Shown: positions 8,506-18,444 of the stretch, one piece after another | How positions within the stretch are numbered: position 1 is the stretch's first letter | How the letters are laid out: the number at the start of each line of letters is the position of its first letter | Source: a virus | Taxonomy: Duplodnaviria; Heunggongvirae; Uroviricota; Caudoviricetes | DNA length: 64,000 bases | Reading direction: 5' to 3' (one strand) | IMG/VR virus record: IMGVR_UViG_3300025896_000022 | Program-made: the position numbers and the translations under genes | Notes under the pieces: generated by a model | Databases searched by the model: none | Told to the model about the DNA's origin: nothing | The model's input: the letters and a program-made list of their open reading frames with translations, nothing else

Positions 8506-9780
8506 TTAAAACGCAGCAATAATTGATAATACTTTACTACGTTCAGAAGTACCAATACCATCTTCAAAAAGAGGCATAATAACACTTTGAATTGCGCTAG
8601 TAAGTTCAAAACCATCTACAATTAATCCAGCAGTTTGTAAAGTATGTCTTACTGAAACTGGAGTAGATAATTCTTGGTCTTTATATTGTTTTCTAATTTC
8701 ATTAGAAACTTTAACAATAGCAGATGCAGATTTTTCATCAACACCTGTACGAATTTTTAAGATGTTAATTTCATCTTCTTCTTGAGGATATCCTAATTCA
8801 ATAGGAAAAAATCTATCTAACAATGCTCTATCTATAGCGTTAGTACCAGAGTACTCAGAACCTAGATTAGCAGTTGCAAAAAATACAGTTTCTGGATTTA
8901 CTTGAACTTGACGATCACATTCTTCACAAGCGACATCTACAGGTAAATATCTTCTGTTATCTAAACAAGGAAACAAGATATTATTTGCAGCTAAAGGTGC
9001 TCTGTTTAACTCGTCAAGAAGTACAATGCCTCCAGATTTAATGTGTCCAACAAAAGGTGCAAATTCAAATTCTGAATGACCTAATTTACCAATTCTGTGA
9101 ACGCCTAGTAATGCTGATTGAGCATCTTGAACAGTACCCATATCTTGTATGTACAATGGTTTTGCCATTGCTTTTGCAAGGTGATTTAACAATTCTGTTT
9201 TACCTGAACCTGTAGGTCCCATAAGTAAAGTATTTTCACCTCTCAACACATTTCTCACAAGTAAGTACCAGATATCTGGTTCAATGTGAAAACCACAATC
9301 TTCCTTGGTAGGCACTGGATAATTTGCAGAAATTGTACGCTTTAAATTAGTTCCTGCAGGAAGTGCTTCACCAGCAGCAGGTAATGCAAATTTTGCATCC
9401 CAATCAAATTTGTAACCATAAGGTTCATATTTAGTTGCCATTTCTTTTGCTTTTTCCACACCAAATTCTGAATGATCAATCATATAATCAATCAAAAAGT
9501 CTACAAGTGGAATACGTGATGGATCACTAATAGGAAATACATCATTCATGTAATACATTGCTGTAATACCTTCTTTACGAATATGTAAGTGATCTGATTC
9601 AGGAAAATCATAACCATCTGCACAGAATACTGTACCTAATGGAAATTTTACAATGTCAGCAATAGGTGCTGTTATTTTAATATCTTTTACGTTGATAGGT
9701 AAACTTTTTTCAAAAGATTGACCTGCTAATGTTTCAACTTCAAAAGATGTACCGTTTAATAATGCTCTAAATAGGATCAT
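8506..9780 (-). CDS. cobS: AAA+ ATPase of the MoxR / CobS-like family
   Basis: Walker A is 'LLMGPTGSGKTELLNHLA'. Walker B / sensor is 'IVLLDELNRAPLAANNILFPCLD' followed by 'FFATANLG'. This is an AAA_5-type arrangement, and it sits next to a vWA protein. Confidence 0.65.
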   Translation of the reverse strand: MILFRALLNGTSFEVETLAGQSFEKSLPINVKDIKITAPIADIVKFPLGTVFCADGYDFPESDHLHIRKEGITAMYYMNDVFPISDPSRIPLVDFLIDYMIDHSEFGVEKAKEMATKYEPYGYKFDWDAKFALPAAGEALPAGTNLKRTISANYPVPTKEDCGFHIEPDIWYLLVRNVLRGENTLLMGPTGSGKTELLNHLAKAMAKPLYIQDMGTVQDAQSALLGVHRIGKLGHSEFEFAPFVGHIKSGGIVLLDELNRAPLAANNILFPCLDNRRYLPVDVACEECDRQVQVNPETVFFATANLGSEYSGTNAIDRALLDRFFPIELGYPQEEDEINILKIRTGVDEKSASAIVKVSNEIRKQYKDQELSTPVSVRHTLQTAGLIVDGFELTSAIQSVIMPLFEDGIGTSERSKVLSIIAAF

Positions 9781-9804
9781 AATTTAATTTTTAATATTTA
9801 ATAA

Positions 9805-10380
9805 TTACTTTAATGTGGACATAAAACCTCCACAGGTTTCTAAAAAAGAATGAAATCTTTTTAAATCGTCAAGTTTTAAACTGCATTCTGGATGATATTC
9901 GACTACTCCTTTACCTATAACAGGTAACATCACAAAAAAAGTAGGTGTTAATGTGTTTAATTCTTCAATCAGATCATTATTGCTGATTGGATTGTTGTCA
10001 AATGTATACCAATTACCAGTTTTCATATATATTCTGTCGTAATTATACGCTTCTAAGAAATTTATATGTCTTGATAAATGTTTTGCTAGTTCTTCACAGT
10101 CATCAGCATTTTCAACTCCTTTAGATACATCACCTAAATCAAGTTTTTTAATAACTTGAATTTGATTAAGTAATGTTACAAGTAATTTCCAATCTGATTC
10201 TGGTAAAGTAATGCTAGCTCCAGGTAATGTATTTACATAATTATGCATTAATTGCATGTAATCACCTAAATGTTCTGATGAACAATTTTCTGGTATTTCA
10301 GGTAATACAAAATCACCTGTCATTGGATGTAATCCTATTAAATCTACTGACATATATTTAATATTTAAAAAAGGTAACAC
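9805..10380 (-). CDS. hypothetical protein
   Basis: 191-aa ORF. Confidence 0.4.
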   Translation of the reverse strand: MLPFLNIKYMSVDLIGLHPMTGDFVLPEIPENCSSEHLGDYMQLMHNYVNTLPGASITLPESDWKLLVTLLNQIQVIKKLDLGDVSKGVENADDCEELAKHLSRHINFLEAYNYDRIYMKTGNWYTFDNNPISNNDLIEELNTLTPTFFVMLPVIGKGVVEYHPECSLKLDDLKRFHSFLETCGGFMSTLK

Positions 10381-10426
10381 AGATTCGCTATAAAAAACAT
10401 TTGAATCTATGTTACCTTGTTATGTA

Positions 10427-10972
10427 TTATGCAAGACCTCCTTTAAAATCACTAATGTTGAATCCTGATTCATCATTATTATCATCATCTGAATCTAAAT
10501 TACTGAAAGGATTTCGCATTTTTCTGATTTCTTTTTTTAGTGCTTCAAGTTTATCTTCATCTTTGCTATTAACAGCATCATCCATTCTTTTTTTAAAATC
10601 TCTGATTTGTTCTGCAACTGCTGTTGGTAAATTATCAACCATTTTATCAAATTGATCATTTGTTAGTTTTTTTGGTACTTTTTTTGACATTCTTGAAGGT
10701 TTTGTAATACTTTTTATAATGTTTTTTTTAATACCTTGTAACTGATCAATTAAAACATCTACCATACCAATTATTTCCATTGGTTTACCTGTTGACATTG
10801 TTAAAGAAGATTCAGGAAATCCATTTTCATCTTGAGATGCTCCAATAATCAAATGACTATTGTAATCTTCAGAATTGTTTTTAATATTTACTTGAATTTT
10901 TCTCATTTCATTTACTACACACTTTTTTTCTTGATTTTTCATTTTAATTTGTATTTGGTTATTTAAATTCAC
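10427..10972 (-). CDS. hypothetical protein with an acidic C-terminus
   Basis: 181-aa ORF. Confidence 0.4.
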   Translation of the reverse strand: MNLNNQIQIKMKNQEKKCVVNEMRKIQVNIKNNSEDYNSHLIIGASQDENGFPESSLTMSTGKPMEIIGMVDVLIDQLQGIKKNIIKSITKPSRMSKKVPKKLTNDQFDKMVDNLPTAVAEQIRDFKKRMDDAVNSKDEDKLEALKKEIRKMRNPFSNLDSDDDNNDESGFNISDFKGGLA

Positions 10973-11276
10973 TAATTAGATTCTTCAAAAAATCATCGCA
11001 TTCTTCAATCAATTCTGCAATAGGTTTAAGTTTTACAACTACATCACATAATGTATTATAAAATGCAGTTTCCTTAAACATTTCAACATGCTCAGGTTTA
11101 ACTTCTTTCATTGCTGTTGCAATTCCCATTGGTGTTTCTACTTGTTTGGTTATTACATTTTTATCAAGATTTTTGTTCATTGTTTTTAGATAACTTTCTA
11201 ATCTATAATAAACTAATAATAATTCTTGATTAGTTAAACCTGCATACTTTTCTACTTCTTTTTTCTTTGTAGCCAT
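10959..11276 (-). CDS. hypothetical protein
   Basis: 105-aa ORF. Confidence 0.4.
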   Translation of the reverse strand: MATKKKEVEKYAGLTNQELLLVYYRLESYLKTMNKNLDKNVITKQVETPMGIATAMKEVKPEHVEMFKETAFYNTLCDVVVKLKPIAELIEECDDFLKNLISEFK

Positions 11277-11800
11277 TATAGTTGAATATTTTCAGATGAT
11301 AGTGTGTAAAAATTTCTAGGTAATAATCTTCTTTTAATAAACTCGTCTATTATTTCACGAGTTGTTATACCTAATTTCTTTAAAGTTGCGCTTTTTGGCA
11401 ACTCTAACAACCAATCAAAATCTTTTTCACCTATATTAACGTGAGAAAAAATACTATTTACAAGATTTGTTTCATTCTTGTACAATTTTTTTGCTTTCAT
11501 AACATGCAATGCTCTACTTGCTTTATTGTAATCATTTACAATTCTGCTAATAGATATTGGTGATAATGAAGCAATTTGTTCTGGACTATATTCTGTTAGT
11601 CCATACATTAATCTTCTATACATTTGACGTTGAATCAAATTCAAATGAATTCGATCTTGAGTTTCTTGTATATGTTTTGGTTTGTGTTCTGTTTTTGCTT
11701 GATATGTATCAACATATTTTTGCATAATCACATTGCCATTTTTGTCAATTGCAATTGTTCCTTGAGCAGTTGCAGTGATGGATTTAAATTGTTCCTTCAT
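11276..11800 (-). CDS. hypothetical protein, possibly an HTH-containing transcription regulator or sigma-factor-like protein
   Basis: The C-terminal 'LPKSATLKKLGITTREIIDEFIKRR' resembles an HTH or sigma region 4. This is weak evidence. Confidence 0.3.
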   Translation of the reverse strand: MKEQFKSITATAQGTIAIDKNGNVIMQKYVDTYQAKTEHKPKHIQETQDRIHLNLIQRQMYRRLMYGLTEYSPEQIASLSPISISRIVNDYNKASRALHVMKAKKLYKNETNLVNSIFSHVNIGEKDFDWLLELPKSATLKKLGITTREIIDEFIKRRLLPRNFYTLSSENIQL

Positions 11801-11880
11801 TTTTGAGGATTTTAGATGTTTGACATAAAGTTTAAATTAAACAGATTTAAATATCTGTTGTCTTGTCAATAAAAACTGTA

Positions 11881-12075
11881 TTATTTTTTATAGATAACTG
11901 CTTCTAAATCAATGAAATGAGAAGCAGTTTTTAATACAATTAAATTTGTCATGCTTATTGGTGATAATAAAAACATAATGAGATCAATCATCTGAATTTT
12001 ACCTGTAGTTTTATAGGTATCAAATGTCATAAAGTATCCCATTATGTATGTAAATAATATATATAATGCTAACAT
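11881..12075 (-). CDS. small membrane protein
   Basis: 64 aa and hydrophobic. Confidence 0.3.
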   Translation of the reverse strand: MLALYILFTYIMGYFMTFDTYKTTGKIQMIDLIMFLLSPISMTNLIVLKTASHFIDLEAVIYKK

Positions 12076-12077
12076 AA

Positions 12078-12344
12078 TTATTTATTATAAATATATTTAT
12101 GTGGAATAAATAATTCCAATCCTTCAAGTACACTATTTTCTTTAGCTAACTTGTACACTTCTTTAGGTGTTTCTCCTGTTATAACACAATTAAAACCATC
12201 AATATCTTTACCTATTGCAATTACTTTAGGTGATTTAAGATTTTTAATAGCATCTTCAATTGTATATTCTGAATCTAAATCACCATTGCAAGAAAACATA
12301 TTTTCTTCTTGCATTTTTAAAAACATTTCTCCTGATTTACTCAT
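12078..12344 (-). CDS. hypothetical protein
   Basis: 88-aa ORF. Confidence 0.35.
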   Translation of the reverse strand: MSKSGEMFLKMQEENMFSCNGDLDSEYTIEDAIKNLKSPKVIAIGKDIDGFNCVITGETPKEVYKLAKENSVLEGLELFIPHKYIYNK

Positions 12345-12723
12345 TATCTGCAGGTTTTACATTTTTAATATGAATTCCTTTATGCACATTAAATGTTACA
12401 TTTAGTTTTTCAGTTCCTTCAGGAATGTTGTGTTTTTCGTAAAATTCTTCTTTAGATGTATGAGCACCTTCAATAGATTTTGACCATTCCATAAATTCTT
12501 CAAATTCTTCTTCTGAAAGTGCATTGACAAAATCAACCATTTCCAACATTTTTAATACACTATCAAGATCTTCTTGAGTAAGCACATTTTCACCACATTT
12601 AGGACAAGGTGCGTTTAACCATTTTTTATAGTTTTCAACTTTGATAGTTTTATCTATCCAATCACAAGAAGGACTGTCACATTGCAGTCCTCCTGATTTA
12701 CGTTCAATTCTTTGTGTTTCCAT
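12337..12723 (-). CDS. hypothetical protein with a Cys cluster that may bind zinc
   Basis: CDSPSCDW…CPKCGENV. Confidence 0.35.
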   Translation of the reverse strand: METQRIERKSGGLQCDSPSCDWIDKTIKVENYKKWLNAPCPKCGENVLTQEDLDSVLKMLEMVDFVNALSEEEFEEFMEWSKSIEGAHTSKEEFYEKHNIPEGTEKLNVTFNVHKGIHIKNVKPADNE

Positions 12724-12751
12724 GTTAAATTTCTACTGTTTTTGTATATAT

Positions 12752-13036
12752 TTATGAATCAAGGTCTTGTAAAACATTTAAAAACACTCTAATGTTTTCA
12801 ATTGTGTCTGGTGCAAATAACATTGTCGAAACAAAAACTCTACCACGAAGAACAAATTGAGTTCCTTCATTTGGTGCATCTTTTAATTTAATTTGTTCTT
12901 CCTTTGATAAATATCTTACAAATTCAATTAAAATATTACCATCTTCTTGTTTTGTATAATGAATCCTTTTGTTGTAAGATTTTGCTACAAATGCATTTTT
13001 ATATGCAGTTATTTTAGTTATATCTGATTTTGCCAT
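12752..13036 (-). CDS. hypothetical protein
   Basis: 94-aa ORF. Confidence 0.35.
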   Translation of the reverse strand: MAKSDITKITAYKNAFVAKSYNKRIHYTKQEDGNILIEFVRYLSKEEQIKLKDAPNEGTQFVLRGRVFVSTMLFAPDTIENIRVFLNVLQDLDS

Positions 13037-13206
13037 TTACTTTTTATTTAAGTTTAATTTGTCTAACTCGTTACATACATTTGTAATTAATGCATCAATT
13101 TTCTTTGCTACTGGATGAACACTTTTACGTGGAAATAAATCCTGAAGTTGTGACAACATAACATATTGAGATTTTAACTCAATAGTTCTAATAGTTTCTA
13201 CTGGAG

Positions 13207-13446
13207 TCATAATTCTTCTTTTTTGTAAATTTCTAATATTTGTTTATAGTCATACCATTTACCGCAGAAGAAATAAGCATTTTCCCCACTATTAAATGAT
13301 TGTATCTCATTTAACCATTCCGTAAACTTAATAGCAAATTTTTCTGCTAACTCATTAAACATTTCATTCATTCTTGAATAAGAAATATCTTCTCTGTTAT
13401 ATGCATCTAAAATTTCCCTAGTTTGTGCTTGTCTAATTGCTTTCAT
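13207..13446 (-). CDS. hypothetical protein
   Basis: 79-aa ORF. Confidence 0.35.
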   Translation of the reverse strand: MKAIRQAQTREILDAYNREDISYSRMNEMFNELAEKFAIKFTEWLNEIQSFNSGENAYFFCGKWYDYKQILEIYKKEEL

Positions 13447-13448
13447 AA

Positions 13449-13757
13449 TTAAACAAGTTCAGGATAATCATCACATTCTTTATCAATGTGCAATTGTTTT
13501 ACATCTAAATATTCTTTTAAAAACTTTTTGTCAATAACAACATCATAATCTATGACATCATCAAAAAACTCAAGATCTTGTAAAAATACTTCTTCATCTG
13601 TATCTTTGTTTATAATTTTTACAGATAAGTTTTCTTGATTGTATTCTATCATAAGATATTTTACAATTATACCGTCAATTTTTACTCTTTTATCTAAACA
13701 ATAATACTTTTGTATTATATTGCCAAGAATAACTACTTCATATAGTGTTGCTTCCAT
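13449..13757 (-). CDS. hypothetical acidic protein
   Basis: 102-aa ORF. Confidence 0.35.
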   Translation of the reverse strand: MEATLYEVVILGNIIQKYYCLDKRVKIDGIIVKYLMIEYNQENLSVKIINKDTDEEVFLQDLEFFDDVIDYDVVIDKKFLKEYLDVKQLHIDKECDDYPELV

Positions 13758-14062
13758 TATGGCAATGCAAGTTTAGAATTTAAACTAATATGATTTTCTT
13801 GTAAAAATTTGTAATCACTCTCCATTTTACGCATATCTTGTTCGCGTAAATCAGATAGTTTTTTACCAACAGATAACAAGATGTTATTTTGAGTTTTAGT
13901 ATCAAAATCACGTCTTAATAAATAGACAACTTTGTCTATATAATCATTTTCAATTTCTGGTTCTGGTGATAAAAACAAATACATTTTTGTTTTTAGTTCA
14001 TTCCATTTTTGTTTAAACTTTTTCATAATCTTATTTTTTGTTTTTGTGTACTTTTTTTGCAA
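13757..14062 (-). CDS. hypothetical protein
   Basis: 101-aa ORF. Confidence 0.35.
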   Translation of the reverse strand: MQKKYTKTKNKIMKKFKQKWNELKTKMYLFLSPEPEIENDYIDKVVYLLRRDFDTKTQNNILLSVGKKLSDLREQDMRKMESDYKFLQENHISLNSKLALP

Positions 14063-14381
14063 TTCCTGTCATTGATGCTGGATCAATTAAATATGCATCA
14101 ATTAAATCTTTAATGTTTTTCATTTCCCATAAAGGAACTTTTGATATTGTTTTTAAATATTTATCATAAGTTTCATACAATGCTATTGTATCTTCTTCCT
14201 TATGTTCAAAATATATATCAAAGAATTTATCTTCTAACTTTTTAAATTGTAATAAAAAGTTATTTACAAAGTTTTTAAAAACTCCTGTAAACCAGTTTTC
14301 TGCTTTCATGTCAACTATATAGTTCTGAAGCACTTGCGCTGCTATAGCTGTGTGTAATACTTTTAATTCTTGCGGAATCAT
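14031..14381 (-). CDS. hypothetical protein
   Basis: 116-aa ORF. Confidence 0.35.
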   Translation of the reverse strand: MIPQELKVLHTAIAAQVLQNYIVDMKAENWFTGVFKNFVNNFLLQFKKLEDKFFDIYFEHKEEDTIALYETYDKYLKTISKVPLWEMKNIKDLIDAYLIDPASMTGIAKKVHKNKK

Positions 14382-14728
14382 TTTCTTTTAAGTTTTTGAT
14401 TTGATGTATGTAATATTTCAAAACATGTTGGATCAATATTAGCAGCAAATTTATTTCTTTCAATATGCACACTAGATACATCTAAATTAATTTCTTTAGT
14501 AGTTATATCTATTAAAGAAATTTTACTTACCCAAGTAATATCACCAACTGTTGGCACATAATCTTTTAAAGATTTTGGTGCAGTATCAACAACTTTTTTT
14601 TTACTACCTTCATACCAATGAAGTTCTTTTACAATTAATAAAAAAACAACATCCATTTCTTTTGGTATTTCACTATATTTATAACTCATCTTCTGTAATA
14701 GATAAATATGCACTAAATGAAAGTGCAA
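14378..14728 (-). CDS. hypothetical protein. The true start is probably an internal Met.
   Basis: 116-aa ORF overlapping the small membrane ORF 14679..14876. Confidence 0.3.
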   Translation of the reverse strand: MHFHLVHIYLLQKMSYKYSEIPKEMDVVFLLIVKELHWYEGSKKKVVDTAPKSLKDYVPTVGDITWVSKISLIDITTKEINLDVSSVHIERNKFAANIDPTCFEILHTSNQKLKRK

Positions 14729-14876
14729 GTGTTACAAATAGCAATTGTATAATCCAGTCAAATAAACTGTATTTATCAAAAATAAATGCTTTACCTAAAG
14801 TAAACAATCCTTCAAGTAAAAATAATACTAGTAATCCTGCAGTCATTGCAATGATTAGTTTTAACAGATTTCTCAT
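14679..14876 (-). CDS. small membrane protein with two TM helices
   Basis: 65 aa and hydrophobic. Confidence 0.3.
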   Translation of the reverse strand: MRNLLKLIIAMTAGLLVLFLLEGLFTLGKAFIFDKYSLFDWIIQLLFVTLALSFSAYLSITEDEL

Positions 14877-14917
14877 AATTATGATTATTAAATTAATTAT
14901 TCAAATAAATAATATAG

Positions 14918-14946
14918 TGCAATTTTCTCTCTAGCGTTATAGTAGA
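14918..14946. promoter_or_regulatory. Hairpin / inverted repeat TTTCTCTCTA-9 nt-TAGAGAGAAA in a 240-nt intergenic region
   Basis: Read directly from the sequence. A second near-palindrome GTGAAAACACAGTGTTTCAC lies at about 15052-15073. Confidence 0.35.
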
Positions 14947-15127
14947 GAGAAATTACACTATTTGTAGTTGTGTTGTTGATTTAAACCAACAAAAAGTTTA
15001 CTGTCTTTCCAGTTGTCACTCATATACAAATTTGTTACCTGAAAATTACAAAGTGAAAACACAGTGTTTCACACACACGTACCAGTAACAGTAGAAACGA
15101 TCATTTGTACGACCAACATTGTAGAGT

Positions 15128-15343
15128 TTACAAGGATTTATTAGATACGTGTGTGTCCAATATATTTTCTATAGTAGTAGAATTGTATTTTAAAAGAAGT
15201 ATTCTTTCTTGTTTTCCAAATTTTACTTTAATTGCTTCACCAGGAATAACATTAATAATTTCTCCTGTACCAAATTTTGTATGTCTAATAAACTTACCAA
15301 TTTCAAAATCATTATTGCTGACAACTTTTTCTGTCTTTTTCAT
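15128..15343 (-). CDS. hypothetical protein
   Basis: 71-aa ORF. Confidence 0.35.
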   Translation of the reverse strand: MKKTEKVVSNNDFEIGKFIRHTKFGTGEIINVIPGEAIKVKFGKQERILLLKYNSTTIENILDTHVSNKSL

Positions 15344-15434
15344 AATCTTATTTTTTTTTCGTGTAGTTTAATCCAAATGTGAGTTACCATTATAGCACTA
15401 TATAAGCAACATACTGCTTGTAAGTATTCCATAG

Positions 15435-15665
15435 TTAACGTGTTTCAATTGTTATTTCAAAAATATCATTAGACATATCTGCTGCATCAACCATATTTCT
15501 AACTTTAGTAGCTATTTCTTTATGATTGTATCCAAATATTTCAATGATATACTTTGCTTTACCTTCTTTTTTACCATCTGGAATAAAATATTGCATTGAT
15601 GGTTCTGTGGTTTTCCTAACCTTATTGTCAGAAGTACCAACATAAAATGTTTCTGTATATGCCAT
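15435..15665 (-). CDS. hypothetical protein
   Basis: 76-aa ORF. Confidence 0.35.
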   Translation of the reverse strand: MAYTETFYVGTSDNKVRKTTEPSMQYFIPDGKKEGKAKYIIEIFGYNHKEIATKVRNMVDAADMSNDIFEITIETR

Positions 15666-15674
15666 GATTACATG

Positions 15675-16013
15675 TTAAGAATTACCATTAGGATCACGTA
15701 GATCTTCTACTTCATCTTCATCATCCTCTGGAAAATGTTTATTCCATTCATCGGGTGTTATACCTGATATAAGAAATTCTCTATCATCTGTTGATAAGTG
15801 AGGCATAGCATCTTGTATATAAGAACCAGATTGCCATTTATTAAATTGTTCTTGTGTAACATCAATATCTAATGTACGTGTTATACCTGTTAGAGTTGAT
15901 TCTTTTGTTATTTTCATTTCTAATATGTTGTTAATTATTAATTGAGTGAAAGAAATTTGCGGGGTTTTACTACTCTTTAAAAATCTATTATATATATAAG
16001 TAATAAAGAACAT
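15675..16013 (-). CDS. hypothetical protein with an acidic C-terminus
   Basis: 112-aa ORF. Confidence 0.35.
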   Translation of the reverse strand: MFFITYIYNRFLKSSKTPQISFTQLIINNILEMKITKESTLTGITRTLDIDVTQEQFNKWQSGSYIQDAMPHLSTDDREFLISGITPDEWNKHFPEDDEDEVEDLRDPNGNS

Positions 16014-16155
16014 ATATAGATAGATATAAGTTAACTAAGTAGTATTGTATGTGTGTAACTATGTTGTTAACTAGTGTTTTATATGGTTATATAGCCATAT
16101 AGTGACGAGTTTTATTTGTTAAAATACAATATTTTTAAAGTAGATTAATAGTTTA

Positions 16156-16187
16156 GAGGGTGTTTTCATGTCATTATTAACACCCTC
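16156..16187 (-). terminator. hairpin GAGGGTGTT-14 nt-AACACCCTC
   Basis: Perfect 9-bp stem. It belongs to the same 'GAGGGTG/CACCCTC' hairpin family as 17382..17405. Confidence 0.35.
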
Positions 16188-16262
16188 ATGACTATTTTAC
16201 AAACCAATTGTATTTTGTAATCTGTTGTGTGTCAAGGATTTAAAAAAAACTAGTCTCAATTT

Positions 16263-16308
16263 CCTATATATAAGGTATAAGACATTACATCTACTCCTTA
16301 TATATAGG
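16263..16308 (-). terminator. 13-bp perfect inverted repeat CCTATATATAAGG-20 nt-CCTTATATATAGG, 20 nt downstream of the stop of gene 16329..16817. On the minus strand a T8 run follows it.
   Basis: Read directly from the sequence. Confidence 0.5.
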
Positions 16309-16328
16309 TCATTAAGAATTAATAGTTA

Positions 16329-16817
16329 TTAAAGTTCTGCTGTTGCTGTTGATTTAACAGTTGCATTACTTTTAACTACTACATTGTCATGTGCAATTAA
16401 CACATCTTGTTCATTACCTGTTGCGTCATAGGTAGAGAATCTTAAAATTCTTTCACCACCTAGAGTTAACTCGTCACCATCAGCACCTGCACGCTTTATG
16501 TAACTACTAATAGAAGTTTCATAATCAACATTTTTGTTGAGTTGTGCAGCGATGTTCTCAGGTAGTTGAGACTCAAGATATTCTCTGGTGACAATCTTAC
16601 CAGGAACTTGTAAACTCTTATGAGCACTAACAAAAGTCTTTAAGATTTCTGTTGTTGCACGTAATATACATGCGCGTTTTTGCTCACGTATCCAACCATC
16701 AGCACCTATACTGATTGCTGTTTGTTGCAACTGAATATAACCATATTCAGGATTTGATTTATAGTTTGTTATCAAACTATTTGACTTGCTGTTAACTACG
16801 ATTTGTACTGTAGACAT
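16329..16817 (-). CDS. hypothetical protein, paralogue A of a tandem pair
   Basis: 162 aa. Its sequence closely matches ORF 17416..17928 ('ADGWIRE…LNKNVDYETSIS.YIKRAG.DG.ELTLGGERILRF…IAHDN…'). It has its own flanking non-coding regions and terminator. Confidence 0.5.
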   Translation of the reverse strand: MSTVQIVVNSKSNSLITNYKSNPEYGYIQLQQTAISIGADGWIREQKRACILRATTEILKTFVSAHKSLQVPGKIVTREYLESQLPENIAAQLNKNVDYETSISSYIKRAGADGDELTLGGERILRFSTYDATGNEQDVLIAHDNVVVKSNATVKSTATAEL

Positions 16818-17381
16818 AACTAAATTTAATTAAAGATTAATACTAAATTCAATTGGGGGTAGAGAGTAGTATGTAGACAACCTTTTCTCAGGGTGGTTGT
16901 GTACCTCTATTCAAGTGGTTTCGAGTGGTTAAATTTATACTCCTCTGGGAAGTGGAAAAAAATTTTAATAAAGTTGTCTCCACCCTGTGTATAAAGTAGA
17001 CCACTATTTTATAACCATGTGATTATCAGTCATTTGTATTTGTAGTAAAATAATAATAAATGTTGAGAAAGAACTCAATTCAGAGTGGTTTAACTTCTAT
17101 TCAGTGGTGTAACCAAGGATATATTACCACCTATACTTATTGAATAAAGATTGATTTGATGTTGAGAAAGAACTGCTAGTTATTTAGCAGCTCAATCTCA
17201 AATCAATGGGTAGTTATTTATTAAGTTTTTTCCATTCTTTATAATCATTCAAATCAGAAAGTTCTATTTCTTTTAGTACACTTTCATATATTTCTTCAGC
17301 ATGTTTTTGCGATTTTGCAGGGTATACTAATCCCTTGACAATAAAGTATTTCATGAGTTATTTATTAAGAGTTATAAAATA

Positions 17382-17405
17382 AGAGGGTGCAATTACACAC
17401 CCTCT
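17382..17405 (-). terminator. hairpin AGAGGGTG-8 nt-CACCCTCT immediately 3' of the minus-strand gene 17416..17928
   Basis: Perfect 8-bp stem, 10 nt after the stop codon. Confidence 0.45.
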
Positions 17406-17415
17406 TGATTAATTA

Positions 17416-17928
17416 CTACAATTCAGCTTTAGCAGTAGCATCTGATTTAGCAGCCATAACTTCACTGATATTATCATGCGCAATTCTTGCGTCTTGAGAT
17501 AATCCAGATGGATCATACGAAGTGAAGCGTAGTATTCTCTCACCTCCTAATGTTAATTCAACACCATCTTTTCCTGCACGTTTAATGTAAGGAGAGATAG
17601 ATGTTTCATAATCAACATTCTTATTTAATCGTGAACTATAAGATTCAGGAATCTGAGACTCCAGAAACTCGTTCACAATTATTTTACCAGGAAGTGTTAA
17701 GTTTTTACTATTTGCAACAAACTTCTCTAGTATCACAATTTCTGCACGCATTAAAGTACTGCGTGAAGATTCTCTAATCCAACCGTCTGCACTCACAGAC
17801 ATTTCAGATGAATTAAGAGTAATAAAACCATAGTCTGCATTATTTTTATACACACTGATAATTGCGCCATCTTTTCCTGGCTTAATAGAAACATTATTCA
17901 TAATAAAATATTTAATATTTAGTCGCAC
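17416..17928 (-). CDS. hypothetical protein, paralogue B of the tandem pair
   Basis: 170 aa. It matches ORF 16329..16817 over most of its length. Confidence 0.5.
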   Translation of the reverse strand: MRLNIKYFIMNNVSIKPGKDGAIISVYKNNADYGFITLNSSEMSVSADGWIRESSRSTLMRAEIVILEKFVANSKNLTLPGKIIVNEFLESQIPESYSSRLNKNVDYETSISPYIKRAGKDGVELTLGGERILRFTSYDPSGLSQDARIAHDNISEVMAAKSDATAKAEL

Positions 17929-18444
17929 TTATTAGTAGGCAGCGACTTACTCCTGTATTATTTGGGTGGAAGACAGTAGCGACTAACACCCATGTTATTA
18001 TTTATTTGAGTTAAAGTCAAACATTAATAATAAAGTAGACACTAGTGATATAACACTAGTTACAGCAAATGCTGTCATGTACATTACACGATCTGGATTA
18101 GTATTACACCAACCTCCAACTGGAGTGATAGCAATAGTTAGAATCCACAACCACATTGAGATGATGAACAACATCATCTTGAAATTTTCTCTGAGTTTCA
18201 TAATAGAAATTTTTAAAGAGTTATTAATAAAGTTAAAGACTGCCTATATGCATCATATAAATAAATCATGGATGTACAGTCCATGAGTTTTAGTCTGTCA
18301 GGTATCAACGAGTGTTGATGCTACTCTTCCTTGCAGTAGTCACGGAAGTACTTGAACGCTTCTTTCCATGACATAGCAACTATAGAGTATCCTGAGATAA
18401 AATAAATAGTACGCATATGATTACATAATTAGTCTGCATTTCAA

